DNA of 64,000 nt, from the NCBI GenBank assembly GCA_045106235.1, contig JBGCEJ010000023.1, forward strand, positions 129,052 to 193,051, written 5' to 3'. This DNA is from Myxococcota bacterium (GTDB lineage: Bacteria; Myxococcota_A; UBA9160; UBA4427). The first letter of the stretch is position 1. The number at the start of each line of letters is the position of its first letter. Of the stretch, positions 46,138-54,963 are shown one piece after another. The notes below the pieces were generated by a model. That model did not search any database. It saw nothing but the letters and a program-made list of their open reading frames with translations, and had not been told where the DNA came from. A program made the translations under genes and the position numbers.

Positions 46138-47583
46138 TTAGGCCGGCAGCTGGAAGGTACTCACGGATTCACGGAGCTCATCCGATCGTCCTGCGAGCTG
46201 ATCAACATCGTCTGCCGCGCCTCGCGTCTGTGTCGCCGTGGCGCTACTGATCGACGAGAGTTCTTCCATCGTCTGCACGATCTGTTCGGATTCCGTCGCC
46301 TGCTTGGTTGCTTGGTCCGCAATGCCTTGCAGGAGCTGACCCAGTTCCTGGGATACGCCTTCGATCTCAGCCAGCGTGTTCCCCGCCTCGTTCGCGAGCC
46401 GCGAGCCGTCGACGATTTCTCGTGTCGACTCCTCGACCGCGGTCACTGCATCTTTGGTTTCGTTCTGAATACGGCGAATCAGAGCATCAATCTGTCGAGT
46501 TGCCTCTGCAGACCGAACCGATAGACGCTCGACTTCCTCTGCAACCACCGCGAAGCCGCGACCGGCCTCACCCGCTGCTGCAGACTGAATTGAGGCATTC
46601 AGAGCCAGCGTACTCGTTCGGTCCGCAATGTCGCCGATCAGCCGGACGATTTCGCCAATCTCCTGTGAACCTTCACCGAGGCGCTTAATGCGGAGTGCGG
46701 TTTCCTGAGCCTGCTCACGAATTCGACCCATGCCCTGGATCGTATTCTGCACAGCGCCCGTGCCCTTCTTTGCGGTCGAAATCGCGACCGAGGCCCGCAT
46801 CGCCAAGGCTTCCGCGCGACTTGCGACCTCGCGAACCGACTCCGCCATGCGAGTCATGTTGGTCGAGGCCTCGACGATTCGAGCGGCCTGCGCCTCACTC
46901 CCGTTTGCGATGTCTGCAGCGGCTCCAGAAATGTTCTTCGCGCCGCTACTCACCGCCGTGGTGGACTGCATGACGTTCGAGATGAGCTCGCGAAGCTCGG
47001 CGACCATGAAGTTGACCGCATCCGCGATACCGCCTGTGACGCCTTCGTCGACGACGGCTTCAATCGCGAGGTTACCCGAGGCGACTTCTGTGACTTCGGC
47101 CATCAGGCGCTGAATCGACTCTTCGGTATTTCGACGTTCGTCGCGCGACTGGATCAATTCGCCCAGTTCGTCGAGCATCTCATTGACCGATTGAGCGAGC
47201 ATGCCGAGCTCGTCGCTGCTCAAGATTTCAGCTCGTGCTTTAAGGTTGCCACCTCTGATTTGGTGAGCGGCGAAGCTCAGTGCTTCAACCTGGCGTGTGA
47301 CGCTGCGGGAGAGGATGATACTCACGAGCAAACCTGCGACGAACGCGGCTAGCCCGACGGAGCCGACCGCAATCCCCATACCGTCGAAAACCGCGGATTC
47401 GCGCGAGGAAAAATAAGCAACGACGGCGCTCATTCCGGCCATTGGTAAGAGGCTCGCGGCGAGCACGGTTGCGATCAGGCGCTCGCGGATTCGGAAGCGA
47501 ATGCCATCCCGTGTACCCGGCGAGTGATTCGCGTCGCCCCGTTTCTGTCCGCGTTTGGATTTGATTGCTGGCTTGGTCGCCAT
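46138..47583 (-). CDS. Methyl-accepting chemotaxis protein with two TM segments, a minimal periplasmic loop, and HAMP
   Basis: The signalling hairpin is EIGEIVRLIGDIADRTSTLALNASIQSAAAGEAGRGFAVVAEEVERL. The TM1-loop-TM2 region is ..MSAVVAYFSSRESAVFDGMGIAVGSVGL... A GAGGAA RBS precedes the ATG at 47583. Confidence 0.9.
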   Translation of the reverse strand: MATKPAIKSKRGQKRGDANHSPGTRDGIRFRIRERLIATVLAASLLPMAGMSAVVAYFSSRESAVFDGMGIAVGSVGLAAFVAGLLVSIILSRSVTRQVEALSFAAHQIRGGNLKARAEILSSDELGMLAQSVNEMLDELGELIQSRDERRNTEESIQRLMAEVTEVASGNLAIEAVVDEGVTGGIADAVNFMVAELRELISNVMQSTTAVSSGAKNISGAAADIANGSEAQAARIVEASTNMTRMAESVREVASRAEALAMRASVAISTAKKGTGAVQNTIQGMGRIREQAQETALRIKRLGEGSQEIGEIVRLIGDIADRTSTLALNASIQSAAAGEAGRGFAVVAEEVERLSVRSAEATRQIDALIRRIQNETKDAVTAVEESTREIVDGSRLANEAGNTLAEIEGVSQELGQLLQGIADQATKQATESEQIVQTMEELSSISSATATQTRGAADDVDQLAGRSDELRESVSTFQLPA

Positions 47584-47637
47584 TTGCTTTTCCTCTTCGT
47601 GAGTCGGTCTTTGCACCTGTTAAGCCGGGCGTTCCGC

Positions 47638-48216
47638 TTAAGCGAAGGCCGCTTCAGGCTTGAAATATTGAAGCTCTGGATCCGCAACGAGCCGAGCACA
47701 ATCCAGTAAAAGTCCGGGAGCACCCTCGACCTGAACGGGACGCTGCGCGAATCGGTGAAGTTGCCCCTCTTCGGGGAGCGCGTGCGCGCCCTCTTCTGCC
47801 ACACGTCGAATTCCGACGACATCGTCGACAAGTAATCCGACTTTGACGTTCTTGTTCGCGCCTCGGGCGATGAGGACACCGCGTTTCCCTTCGGCGCGTT
47901 CATCGAGCGCCAGGTAGCGACTGAGGCCAATGATCGACAGAAGCTCTCCGCGGATATTGGCGACGCCCATCAGCCAGGGGGGTGCGCCTGGAACGCGCGT
48001 CGAAGGCGGCGGGGGAAGTGTCTCGATCAGCTGTTCCAAGGGAATCACGCAGAGATGCGTGTTCAGCCGGAAGGCCAGGTGATTTGTCCCTTCCTCGCGT
48101 TCTCGTTCAATCCAATCGAGCCGATCGGCTCGAGGCACGGCGGAAGTGGTCTCACGATATTGATCGGAGATCGCGGCGAGCACATCGCCCAGGCTTGGTT
48201 GCTCTTGGTCCTTCAT
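47638..48216 (-). CDS. cheW: CheW coupling protein
   Basis: HLAFRLNTHLCVIPLEQLIE.. and VPGAPPWLMGVANIRGELLSIIGL..VGLLVDDVVGI. Confidence 0.85.
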   Translation of the reverse strand: MKDQEQPSLGDVLAAISDQYRETTSAVPRADRLDWIEREREEGTNHLAFRLNTHLCVIPLEQLIETLPPPPSTRVPGAPPWLMGVANIRGELLSIIGLSRYLALDERAEGKRGVLIARGANKNVKVGLLVDDVVGIRRVAEEGAHALPEEGQLHRFAQRPVQVEGAPGLLLDCARLVADPELQYFKPEAAFA

Positions 48217-48224
48217 AGGCGCGC

Positions 48225-48587
48225 CTAAAGAACCAGCTCTGCGACCGTCGCGCGGAGCTCGTCGGGGTCGAAGGGCTTGGTGAGGTAGGCGTCGGCCCCC
48301 TGCTTCTCTCCCCAGAATTTGTCGCTGTCCTGGCTCTTGGTGCTCAGGAGCACGACCTTGATGTCCGCCGTGTCGGGCTTAGCCTTGAGGTCTCGACAGA
48401 CTTGGAACCCGTTTTTGCCCGGCAGGATAATGTCGATTACGACGAGATCGGGCTTCACTTTGGAGATTAGCTCGAGCGCCTCTTCGCCTGACGTGGCGTT
48501 TGTGAGGGCGTAGCCAGAGGATTCAAGAGACTGGTGCACGACGGCAAGTTCAGTCGGGCTGTCGTCGACGATCAAGATACTCTTCAT
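48225..48587 (-). CDS. Single-domain response regulator (CheY/PilH-like)
   Basis: MKSILIVDDSPTE..DLVVIDIILPGKNG..LSTKSQ..GADAYLTKP, with the DD, D, T and K signature residues present. Confidence 0.9.
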   Translation of the reverse strand: MKSILIVDDSPTELAVVHQSLESSGYALTNATSGEEALELISKVKPDLVVIDIILPGKNGFQVCRDLKAKPDTADIKVVLLSTKSQDSDKFWGEKQGADAYLTKPFDPDELRATVAELVL

Positions 48588-48628
48588 TTCACGGTCCTTC
48601 TCGAAGGCCTTTGGTCTTCGGGAATGCG

Positions 48629-49270
48629 TTAGAGAAAATTCCGCGGCGAGAAATTGGCCGCGGCGGGTAACTGCTCAGCGGTTCGAACCGCGTCTGCAAA
48701 GATTCGGTCGGTATCCACCGGGCCAAACCAGTCACAGCTCCAGAGGTAGACGTTCTGTAGGAGGCGCTTCATCTCCTCATCGGAGCCCTGCGAGCCAAGC
48801 GCGAAGCGCTCGGGATCTGCGACCCAGGAGCGGATCCCCTGCTCGGCAGCCGGCGATAGCGTCAGTTGCGGTATGGCTTCGCTGACATGGCGCGATAGTC
48901 CCTGGACGCTGGATACGTCCCGATGCTTGCAGCGGCTTACGATCTCGCGGACCAAAAATCCGAAGACGGATCCCGCATCGCTGCCGCCTGCCCCTGTCCC
49001 TCCGGCTGGAGCGGGTACAGCTGATACAGCGCCTGGCGTGGGACTTTTGCCTTGCACGGCGGCCGTGAGTGCCTTGTACGCCACTTTTTTTCGCGGTCCG
49101 AGACCGAGGGTTGCATCGAGTCTTCCGACCAGTTCGGCCACGCTCAGTGTTGGCTGGTCCGCAAACTCAAGATCGTACAGTGAGGCGGCTTGCTCGACGG
49201 CCGCTTCATCGAGGATTGCGGACAGTGCCGCCATCACGGCCTCGCGTCGTTTCTGATCTCCAACCTGCAC
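48629..49270 (-). CDS. Hypothetical soluble two-domain protein, start overlapping the amt stop
   Basis: 213 aa with two helical halves joined by a P/A/G linker. The GTG start shares 1 nt with the amt TAG stop (an alternative ATG lies 36 nt downstream). No family recognised. Confidence 0.5.
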   Translation of the reverse strand: MQVGDQKRREAVMAALSAILDEAAVEQAASLYDLEFADQPTLSVAELVGRLDATLGLGPRKKVAYKALTAAVQGKSPTPGAVSAVPAPAGGTGAGGSDAGSVFGFLVREIVSRCKHRDVSSVQGLSRHVSEAIPQLTLSPAAEQGIRSWVADPERFALGSQGSDEEMKRLLQNVYLWSCDWFGPVDTDRIFADAVRTAEQLPAAANFSPRNFL

Positions 49271-50505
49271 TACTCGATACCCTCATGTAGGGCATCGCGC
49301 TGGAACTCGGGATAGCCCAGTTCGAAATGCTCGGTGAAGTCAAGACCGCGCTGTTCGTGGATTGCGTCGGCGCGAAGGAACACGAACTGCTGCATCACCT
49401 TCCACATTATGAAGGAGGTTCCGAAGCCCCAGACGAACGCGGCCAGAATGCCGATACACTGGACGCCGATGATGGCTGGATTGAACACATCTCCGCGAAA
49501 GAAGATGCCCGCAGCAAGTGTGCCCCACGCGCCTCCGACTGCATGGACCGAAATGGCCCCCACTGCATCGTCGAGCTCGAGGTAGTCAAGGAGTTCCGTC
49601 GCCAGGACCATGAAGATGCCGCCGATCACGCCTGTGACGAGGGCCAGGTGCGGATCCATCGTCGCGCAGCCCGCGGTCACGCTCACGAGGCCGGCGAGGC
49701 CGCCATTGATTGTGAGCGTGATGAGAATCGGTTTTCGCTTGAAAATGAGGGCCAGGATCACACCCATGACGCCTCCGGCTCCGCCCAGATGTGTGTTCAG
49801 CACGATCTGCCCGAGCGAGGCATTTGCCTCCAGCGCACTGCCGCCGTTAAATCCAAACCAACCCATCCACAGAATGAACGCGCCCAATGCCACCAGCGGA
49901 AGGTTATGCCCGGGAATAGTGTTGACCTTCCCTGCTCGCCCGAACCGGCCCGTTCTTGGTCCAAGAAGGATCACGCCGGAGAGCGCGCACCAGCCGCCAA
50001 TTGAATGGACGACGGAGGATCCCGCGAGGTCGACAAATCCAAGTCCGCGCAGCCATCCCGGATTTTCGGCCGTTCCACCCCAGGCCCAGCTGCCGAAAAC
50101 GGAGTAAACGAAAGAACTCAGGAAAACCGCTGCGAAAACGTAAGGCCAATAGCGGATCCGCTCGGCAAGGGCGCCACTCACGATGGTCGCGGCCGTTGCG
50201 GCGAACATCATCTGATAGAACAGCACCGTCGAATCCCAGCCGGTCAGGTCTGAAGGGAAGAACCCGTCGGTACCGATCAAACCAGAAGCGTTCGTGCCGT
50301 ACATGATCCCGTAACCCACAGCCCAGAACGCCACCGAAGCGAAACACATATCGATGTAGTTCTTCATAATGACGTTCACGGTGTTCTTCGAGCGGACGAG
50401 GCCGCCCTCGAGCATCGCGAACCCGGCTTGCATGAAGAACACCAGGATGGCGGAAGTCACCACCCAGAGGGTGTTGATCGAGAGTGTGATATTGGCTTCT
50501 TCCAT
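49270..50505 (-). CDS. amt: Ammonium transporter (Amt/AmtB family)
   Basis: LWVVTSAILVFFMQAGFAMLEGG, DLAGSSVVHSIGGW, GFNGGS and AISVHAVGGAWG, with the C-terminal tail RGLDFTEHFELGYPEF. It looks full-length, with about 11 TM segments. Confidence 0.9.
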   Translation of the reverse strand: MEEANITLSINTLWVVTSAILVFFMQAGFAMLEGGLVRSKNTVNVIMKNYIDMCFASVAFWAVGYGIMYGTNASGLIGTDGFFPSDLTGWDSTVLFYQMMFAATAATIVSGALAERIRYWPYVFAAVFLSSFVYSVFGSWAWGGTAENPGWLRGLGFVDLAGSSVVHSIGGWCALSGVILLGPRTGRFGRAGKVNTIPGHNLPLVALGAFILWMGWFGFNGGSALEANASLGQIVLNTHLGGAGGVMGVILALIFKRKPILITLTINGGLAGLVSVTAGCATMDPHLALVTGVIGGIFMVLATELLDYLELDDAVGAISVHAVGGAWGTLAAGIFFRGDVFNPAIIGVQCIGILAAFVWGFGTSFIMWKVMQQFVFLRADAIHEQRGLDFTEHFELGYPEFQRDALHEGIE

Positions 50506-50511
50506 GATTTC

Positions 50512-51843
50512 CTACGCGTTCGACTTGAGGTTTGCGGCAGCGCGATCCGAGGCGCGCCGTTCTTTTTGAGCCACACGGACCATTCCCGTGCTCATGAGGA
50601 GCGCGCAGATCCGCTTGAATTCGAGATCAGGGCAACCGAGTTCCTTGATCAATCGGCCAAGTGTTTTTCGGCCATCGATCGCCATGAAGGCACTCATTTC
50701 CTTTGCGCCGAGGGTGATCTCTTCGGCGGCTTCGTTCGAGATGTAACGGGTGAGCACAACGTCGTTGTCGGGTAAGCGACTTGCGTCGAGATGCTTTTCG
50801 TCGAGGAGCCGGATGCCGTCCATGAGGACATGGGGCATGGGCAGTCGGAAATCGATATCGGCGAGATTCGCCGGGAGCGCCTCGCGGTCGAAAGTGAACT
50901 CGCCGTCTGTGATCTCGAGAGACGTATTCAGCGCATGTTGGGCGTGTTCTCGAAGCGCGCTGTTGAGCTCGGCCTTATCAATCAGGCCCCGCTCCACGAG
51001 CAGTCCGCCGACGGGCCGACCTGCTTCCTGCGACTCTGCGATCACTTCAAGGATGACGGCCGGATCCAGCCGAATGTTCAGCGATTCTGAAATCACATCC
51101 GTGAGGAATCGGTGGCGTCCCGTTTTCTGGCTAGTGGAGGCGAAGACGAAGAGGCCGTCCTCGACGAAAATCTCGCAGAACGCCAGCTTGGTGATGATCG
51201 AAAGCCTTCCGGTCACACGGGTCGATGCAAGGAGATTGAGGAGGTCTGGGAGGGGGAAATCTCGCACCGAACCGTTCATCGACATTGAGCCCGGGGCGAC
51301 GACGCCCTGCTCACGGAGGGAATCCGCGAAGATGGTCTTTAACATGCTCGGGAGGCGCGCATCGAGGTGACTGCGGATCATCCGGTCGAATCGTTCGAGC
51401 GCAATCGTGAGATCGCTGCCCTCCTCCACGGAATCAGCCGCTTGCACTGTCTCGGCCTCGGGCACCGCCGCTTCAGCGGGCAAGACGGCCTGGATCTTCT
51501 TCACGAGTTCGTCCGGCTCGAAGGGCTTCGTGAGGGATTCAACAACGCCGAAGCGTTCTTCGAAGACCGCACCGACCGCCTCTCCCTTCGACGAGATGAG
51601 AATGATCGGAACCGAGTTCAGTTTCTCGTCCGAGCGAATCCGCACGCAAAACTCGAGGCCGTTCATTGTGGGCATCATGTAGTCGACGAGGATCAGGTCA
51701 GGGCGACTCTCCCGAGCAAGGTCGAGTCCGACAGCACCATCTACAGCGCACCGGACATGATGTCCTTCCCGCGTGAGAACGAGCTCGACCATACGTCGGA
51801 CCGTGGGTGAGTCGTCGATGACAAGAATGTCGGCAGGATGCAT
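50512..51843 (-). CDS. Response regulator: N-terminal receiver plus DUF4388 (PATAN-like) domain(s)
   Basis: The REC domain is ILVIDDSPTVR..LILVDYMMPTMNG..LTKP. GSVRDFPLPDLLNLLASTRVTGRLSI is the DUF4388 signature, and a second DUF4388-like segment is near TDGEFTFD. Start trimmed to the MHPADILV Met at 51843. Confidence 0.8.
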   Translation of the reverse strand: MHPADILVIDDSPTVRRMVELVLTREGHHVRCAVDGAVGLDLARESRPDLILVDYMMPTMNGLEFCVRIRSDEKLNSVPIILISSKGEAVGAVFEERFGVVESLTKPFEPDELVKKIQAVLPAEAAVPEAETVQAADSVEEGSDLTIALERFDRMIRSHLDARLPSMLKTIFADSLREQGVVAPGSMSMNGSVRDFPLPDLLNLLASTRVTGRLSIITKLAFCEIFVEDGLFVFASTSQKTGRHRFLTDVISESLNIRLDPAVILEVIAESQEAGRPVGGLLVERGLIDKAELNSALREHAQHALNTSLEITDGEFTFDREALPANLADIDFRLPMPHVLMDGIRLLDEKHLDASRLPDNDVVLTRYISNEAAEEITLGAKEMSAFMAIDGRKTLGRLIKELGCPDLEFKRICALLMSTGMVRVAQKERRASDRAAANLKSNA

Positions 51844-52251
51844 GGGCCACCCGTCTCCTGGCAAACGGTGAGTTGAGGTGCACGACTTGGGCTGCCCTTG
51901 GTTGGGGGAAGCTCCCGATCCTATCGACGTGGGCATGCGGGCTCTTGAGCCTCACGTGAGTCACGATGTGCACCATTAAGGCGCCTCGGACGCGAAATTC
52001 GCATTTGGACTAACAAGATTTGCTGAGGTCAGCGCAGGTTAAGGATTGCAGAGCGCTGAGTTGCCGCGGACAGGGGGCGTTCGGCTTTGTGGCACGATCC
52101 GCTTCTGCTCAGGTGAATGCCTGACTTGAGCAGAGTGAACCCCCCACCCTTCTACTGGATCGTCAGTTTCGGCTTGTCGAAGCTGCGCAGCCCATTTCTC
52201 TAACTTAATAAATCACTTGAACCCTGACTGACTGGTAGGTAGGGTGGGTAG

Positions 52252-52953
52252 ATGGCGGCCGAACTCTCCCCCAGTGCCCGTCAGGGCCAGGATCGGCGCG
52301 ACGAAATCCTTGACGTCGCGGTGGATATCTTTGGCTCGTCTGGATTTGCGGGTGCCCGGGTGGATGATGTGGCTCGACGCGTCGGGATCCGGCGTCCTTC
52401 GGTGCTTTACCATTTTGCCGATAAACAGACGCTCTACGCTGCGGCGCTGGAAGCTGTGGTCGGTGAAATTGCCTCTCGCATCATTGCGACCGAGCACCAG
52501 GGGCGACCTGAGTACGCAACTGGACTTCGGCTCGAAGCGATCGCGGACGTCTGGGTCGAGTTCGTGCTTGCTCGACCGAATGCAGCGCGCATGCTGCTTC
52601 GGGAGCTGGTTGACGGCTCGGCAGGCCGCGACTCTAAGGCGGTTTCTTCCGTTCGCCTGATGTTGGAGTCGATCCAGCGCGCGTTGGATGAGCGGGTTGC
52701 CGCCGAATCGAGCGCAAGCTCCGCTACCCGAAAGTCGCTTGGCGCCGCTGAGTTCTCCTTGATCCTGTCGAGCACCTCGCTGGTTTGGGTGGCGGGGCAA
52801 ACTGCGGTCAAAGGCGCGCTCGGTCTCGACACCCTGGCGCCCCAGGCCATCGCGCGCCATCGGCGGACCCTTCATTCGATGATTCGACAGCTGTTGGTCG
52901 CGGCGGAAGAAACTGAAGCACCCCCTCAGGCCGAGATGCCTGTTGCTAGATGA
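52252..52953 (+). CDS. TetR-family transcriptional regulator
   Basis: The HTH is RRDEILDVAVDIFGSSGFAGARVDDVARRVGIRRPSVLYHFADKQTL. Confidence 0.8.
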   Translation: MAAELSPSARQGQDRRDEILDVAVDIFGSSGFAGARVDDVARRVGIRRPSVLYHFADKQTLYAAALEAVVGEIASRIIATEHQGRPEYATGLRLEAIADVWVEFVLARPNAARMLLRELVDGSAGRDSKAVSSVRLMLESIQRALDERVAAESSASSATRKSLGAAEFSLILSSTSLVWVAGQTAVKGALGLDTLAPQAIARHRRTLHSMIRQLLVAAEETEAPPQAEMPVAR

Positions 52954-53663
52954 GAGTCTCCTTGATGACGATGTCCCAGTCCCTGCACGTTCCCTCGATG
53001 TCTTTCCTTAAAGGTTCGATCTGTCTTTCGGCTCTTGCAGTCGCGCTCGTGATTCCGGGTTTCGTTCAGGCTGAGCCGCCTGTGCTTTCGGTTTTTCAGG
53101 GTGACTGGGAGCGTGCCGACTCTCCAGAGGCGGAGAAAGAGCGGATCTCCTCGATTGATCGGGCGATCGGTGATCTCTCGTGGGTGGTCCGGAAAATGGC
53201 GGGCGGTGTCCTGCGTTCCTCCACAAAGCCGCCGAGCGAGGTCCATTTTGAATGGGACGGCGCGGCGCTTCACCAATTGGTGGATGGTGATCAGGGTTCG
53301 TTTTCTCGGCCCGTTGAGATTGGAGCCGAGCCGATGGAGGCCGTGGACGAGCGTGGTGATCCTTTCACATCGTCCTGGGAGATCGGCGACGGCGGATTGG
53401 CACTTTCATGGGAGCAGCATCAGGCGTACGGGACGAATCTGTACCGCGTTGCTGAAGGCGGACGCTTGCTCGAGGTCGAGCACACGATCAATGTGACGGC
53501 ACTCTCCGGCGTCGCTCCGATTGTCTACTACTCGCGTTTCAGGCGCGGTTCAGAAGCGGCCTCAGCTTCCCCGCAGACCTTGAATTCCTCCGCTGCGGCG
53601 TCGCGGCCTTCCGTTCCCTCCGTGGCCGCAGGTCCTCTCGGTGGTCGCTCAGGGGCGCCCTGA
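52950..53663 (+). CDS. Secreted hypothetical protein
   Basis: It overlaps the TetR stop by 4 nt. Signal peptide is SICLSALAVALVIPGFVQA (true start possibly the Met at 52998). No family recognised. Confidence 0.5.
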   Translation: MRVSLMTMSQSLHVPSMSFLKGSICLSALAVALVIPGFVQAEPPVLSVFQGDWERADSPEAEKERISSIDRAIGDLSWVVRKMAGGVLRSSTKPPSEVHFEWDGAALHQLVDGDQGSFSRPVEIGAEPMEAVDERGDPFTSSWEIGDGGLALSWEQHQAYGTNLYRVAEGGRLLEVEHTINVTALSGVAPIVYYSRFRRGSEAASASPQTLNSSAAASRPSVPSVAAGPLGGRSGAP

Positions 53664-54001
53664 GCCCTGAGACTGGGCCACGCCGCGAGTGATCGGCTGT
53701 GGCGGCCCACTTACAGATTCAGGCTCGACCTGGCCCGCTCAGCGCGGAGTTTTCTGCGCCCTGCCCGGGTGTGTCCTTTTGGACCCGATTTAAGAATCGT
53801 TTGCATCTCAGCCGTGAAGACTGGCCTCTCGCCCGCCAAACCGCTACAAGCTTCGGCGCTTCGTGTGCTCAAAAACCCGTCCTAGGGGGATATGAGCGCA
53901 CGCGCGACAGCTCCACCGTCGCTCCGGCCAGACCGGAGTGGAGCGGCCTGAGATGTCCACCCTGCCCGTGCGGCCGAATGAGCGCCGCGGAGAAGTGAAG
54001 C

Positions 54002-54868
54002 ATGAGTCCGAGCAAAAAGAAGGCCGCGAAGAAGAAGGCCGCGAAGAGCCCCGCCAAAAAGACGGCGAAGAAAGCCGCCAAGGCGCCCGCCAAGAAGAAG
54101 GCGGCTAAGAAAGCCGCGAAGAAGGCGGCCAAGAAATCCGCGAAGAAGGCTGCGAAGTCTGCTTCGAAGACCGCTTCTAAGAAGACGGCCGCGAAGAAGG
54201 CCGCTCCGAAGAAGAAGGCGGCCGCGCCCAAGAAGGCTGCACCTAAGAAAGCCTCTGCAAAGGCGGCGGCGAAGCCTACGTCGAAGTCTGTGCCCAAAAA
54301 GGCGGCGGCCAAGGCGGACAAGAAGACCGAGCCGAAGGCAGCTCCCAAGAAGGCTGCGGCGAAGTCAAAGAAGGAAGCGGCAGCCGAGACGACGGCCGCG
54401 GCTCCCGTTGCAGAAGACGTCAAGCCGGCGAAGAAAGCCAAGGGCAAGAAAAAGAAAGACGGCACGACGGGCAAGCGCGCTCGAGCCAAGAAGCCGAACC
54501 TGCCGACGGGGCCCAAGCATCCCAAGCTCGGTTACAAGTGGATCTGTTTTAACTGCGACGCGAAGTTCTACGATCTCGGTAAGGAAGAGCCGATCTGTCC
54601 GAAATGCGAAGCGGATCAGCGCGAGAAGCCGCCGGAAGAACCGAAGGCCGCATCTGAAACGCCGAAGGCAAAGGTCGTCCGCCCGATGGCTCAGCTACTC
54701 GATGATGAGGAAGCGGCGCCTCCGAGCGACGAGGACGAGATGGGCCGGAAGGCGCCGAAGTCGCCCACGGAGGAGATGTTCGACAACACGGAAGAAGTGG
54801 CGTCGGAACTCGACATCGAGGAAACCGTCGACGATACCGTGGAGCCTCCGGAGATCGATTCTCTATAG
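54002..54868 (+). CDS. Histone-H1-like K/A-repeat region fused to a FYDLN_acid zinc-ribbon/acidic-tail domain
   Basis: Residues 1 to about 175 are AKKAAKK-type repeats. They are followed by [31 protein letters not shown] (CxxC..FYDL..CxxC) and a D/E-rich tail, like the TIGR02300 FYDLN_acid family as I recall it. Confidence 0.75.
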   Translation: MSPSKKKAAKKKAAKSPAKKTAKKAAKAPAKKKAAKKAAKKAAKKSAKKAAKSASKTASKKTAAKKAAPKKKAAAPKKAAPKKASAKAAAKPTSKSVPKKAAAKADKKTEPKAAPKKAAAKSKKEAAAETTAAAPVAEDVKPAKKAKGKKKKDGTTGKRARAKKPNLPTGPKHPKLGYKWICFNCDAKFYDLGKEEPICPKCEADQREKPPEEPKAASETPKAKVVRPMAQLLDDEEAAPPSDEDEMGRKAPKSPTEEMFDNTEEVASELDIEETVDDTVEPPEIDSL

Positions 54869-54963
54869 GCCCTGTCCTGGGCCCGCTTCCGATCGCATCG
54901 GCGGTTGGCTTTTTCGGCCCTCTTTGATCTCAGCCGTGCGCGGACCTCAGCCGTGCGCGCTCA

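Noticed and set aside
52090-52108. TGGCACG motif suggesting a sigma-54 -24/-12 promoter in the TetR/che-operon divergent region
   Set aside because: The downstream GC dinucleotides are 8 or 14 nt from the GG instead of the required 10, and no TTGC element sits at the right spacing. The same failure applies to GGCAAC..TGCA on the opposite strand.
53869-54525. 218-aa minus-strand ORF (F/A/L-rich) opposite the K/A-repeat gene, and the repetitive DNA itself as a possible repeat element or CRISPR-like array
   Set aside because: The antisense protein is simply the complement of the GCC/AAG/AAA codon repeats. The plus-strand frame continues into a well-formed FYDLN zinc ribbon. The repeats are irregular coding low-complexity sequence with no spacer/repeat periodicity.
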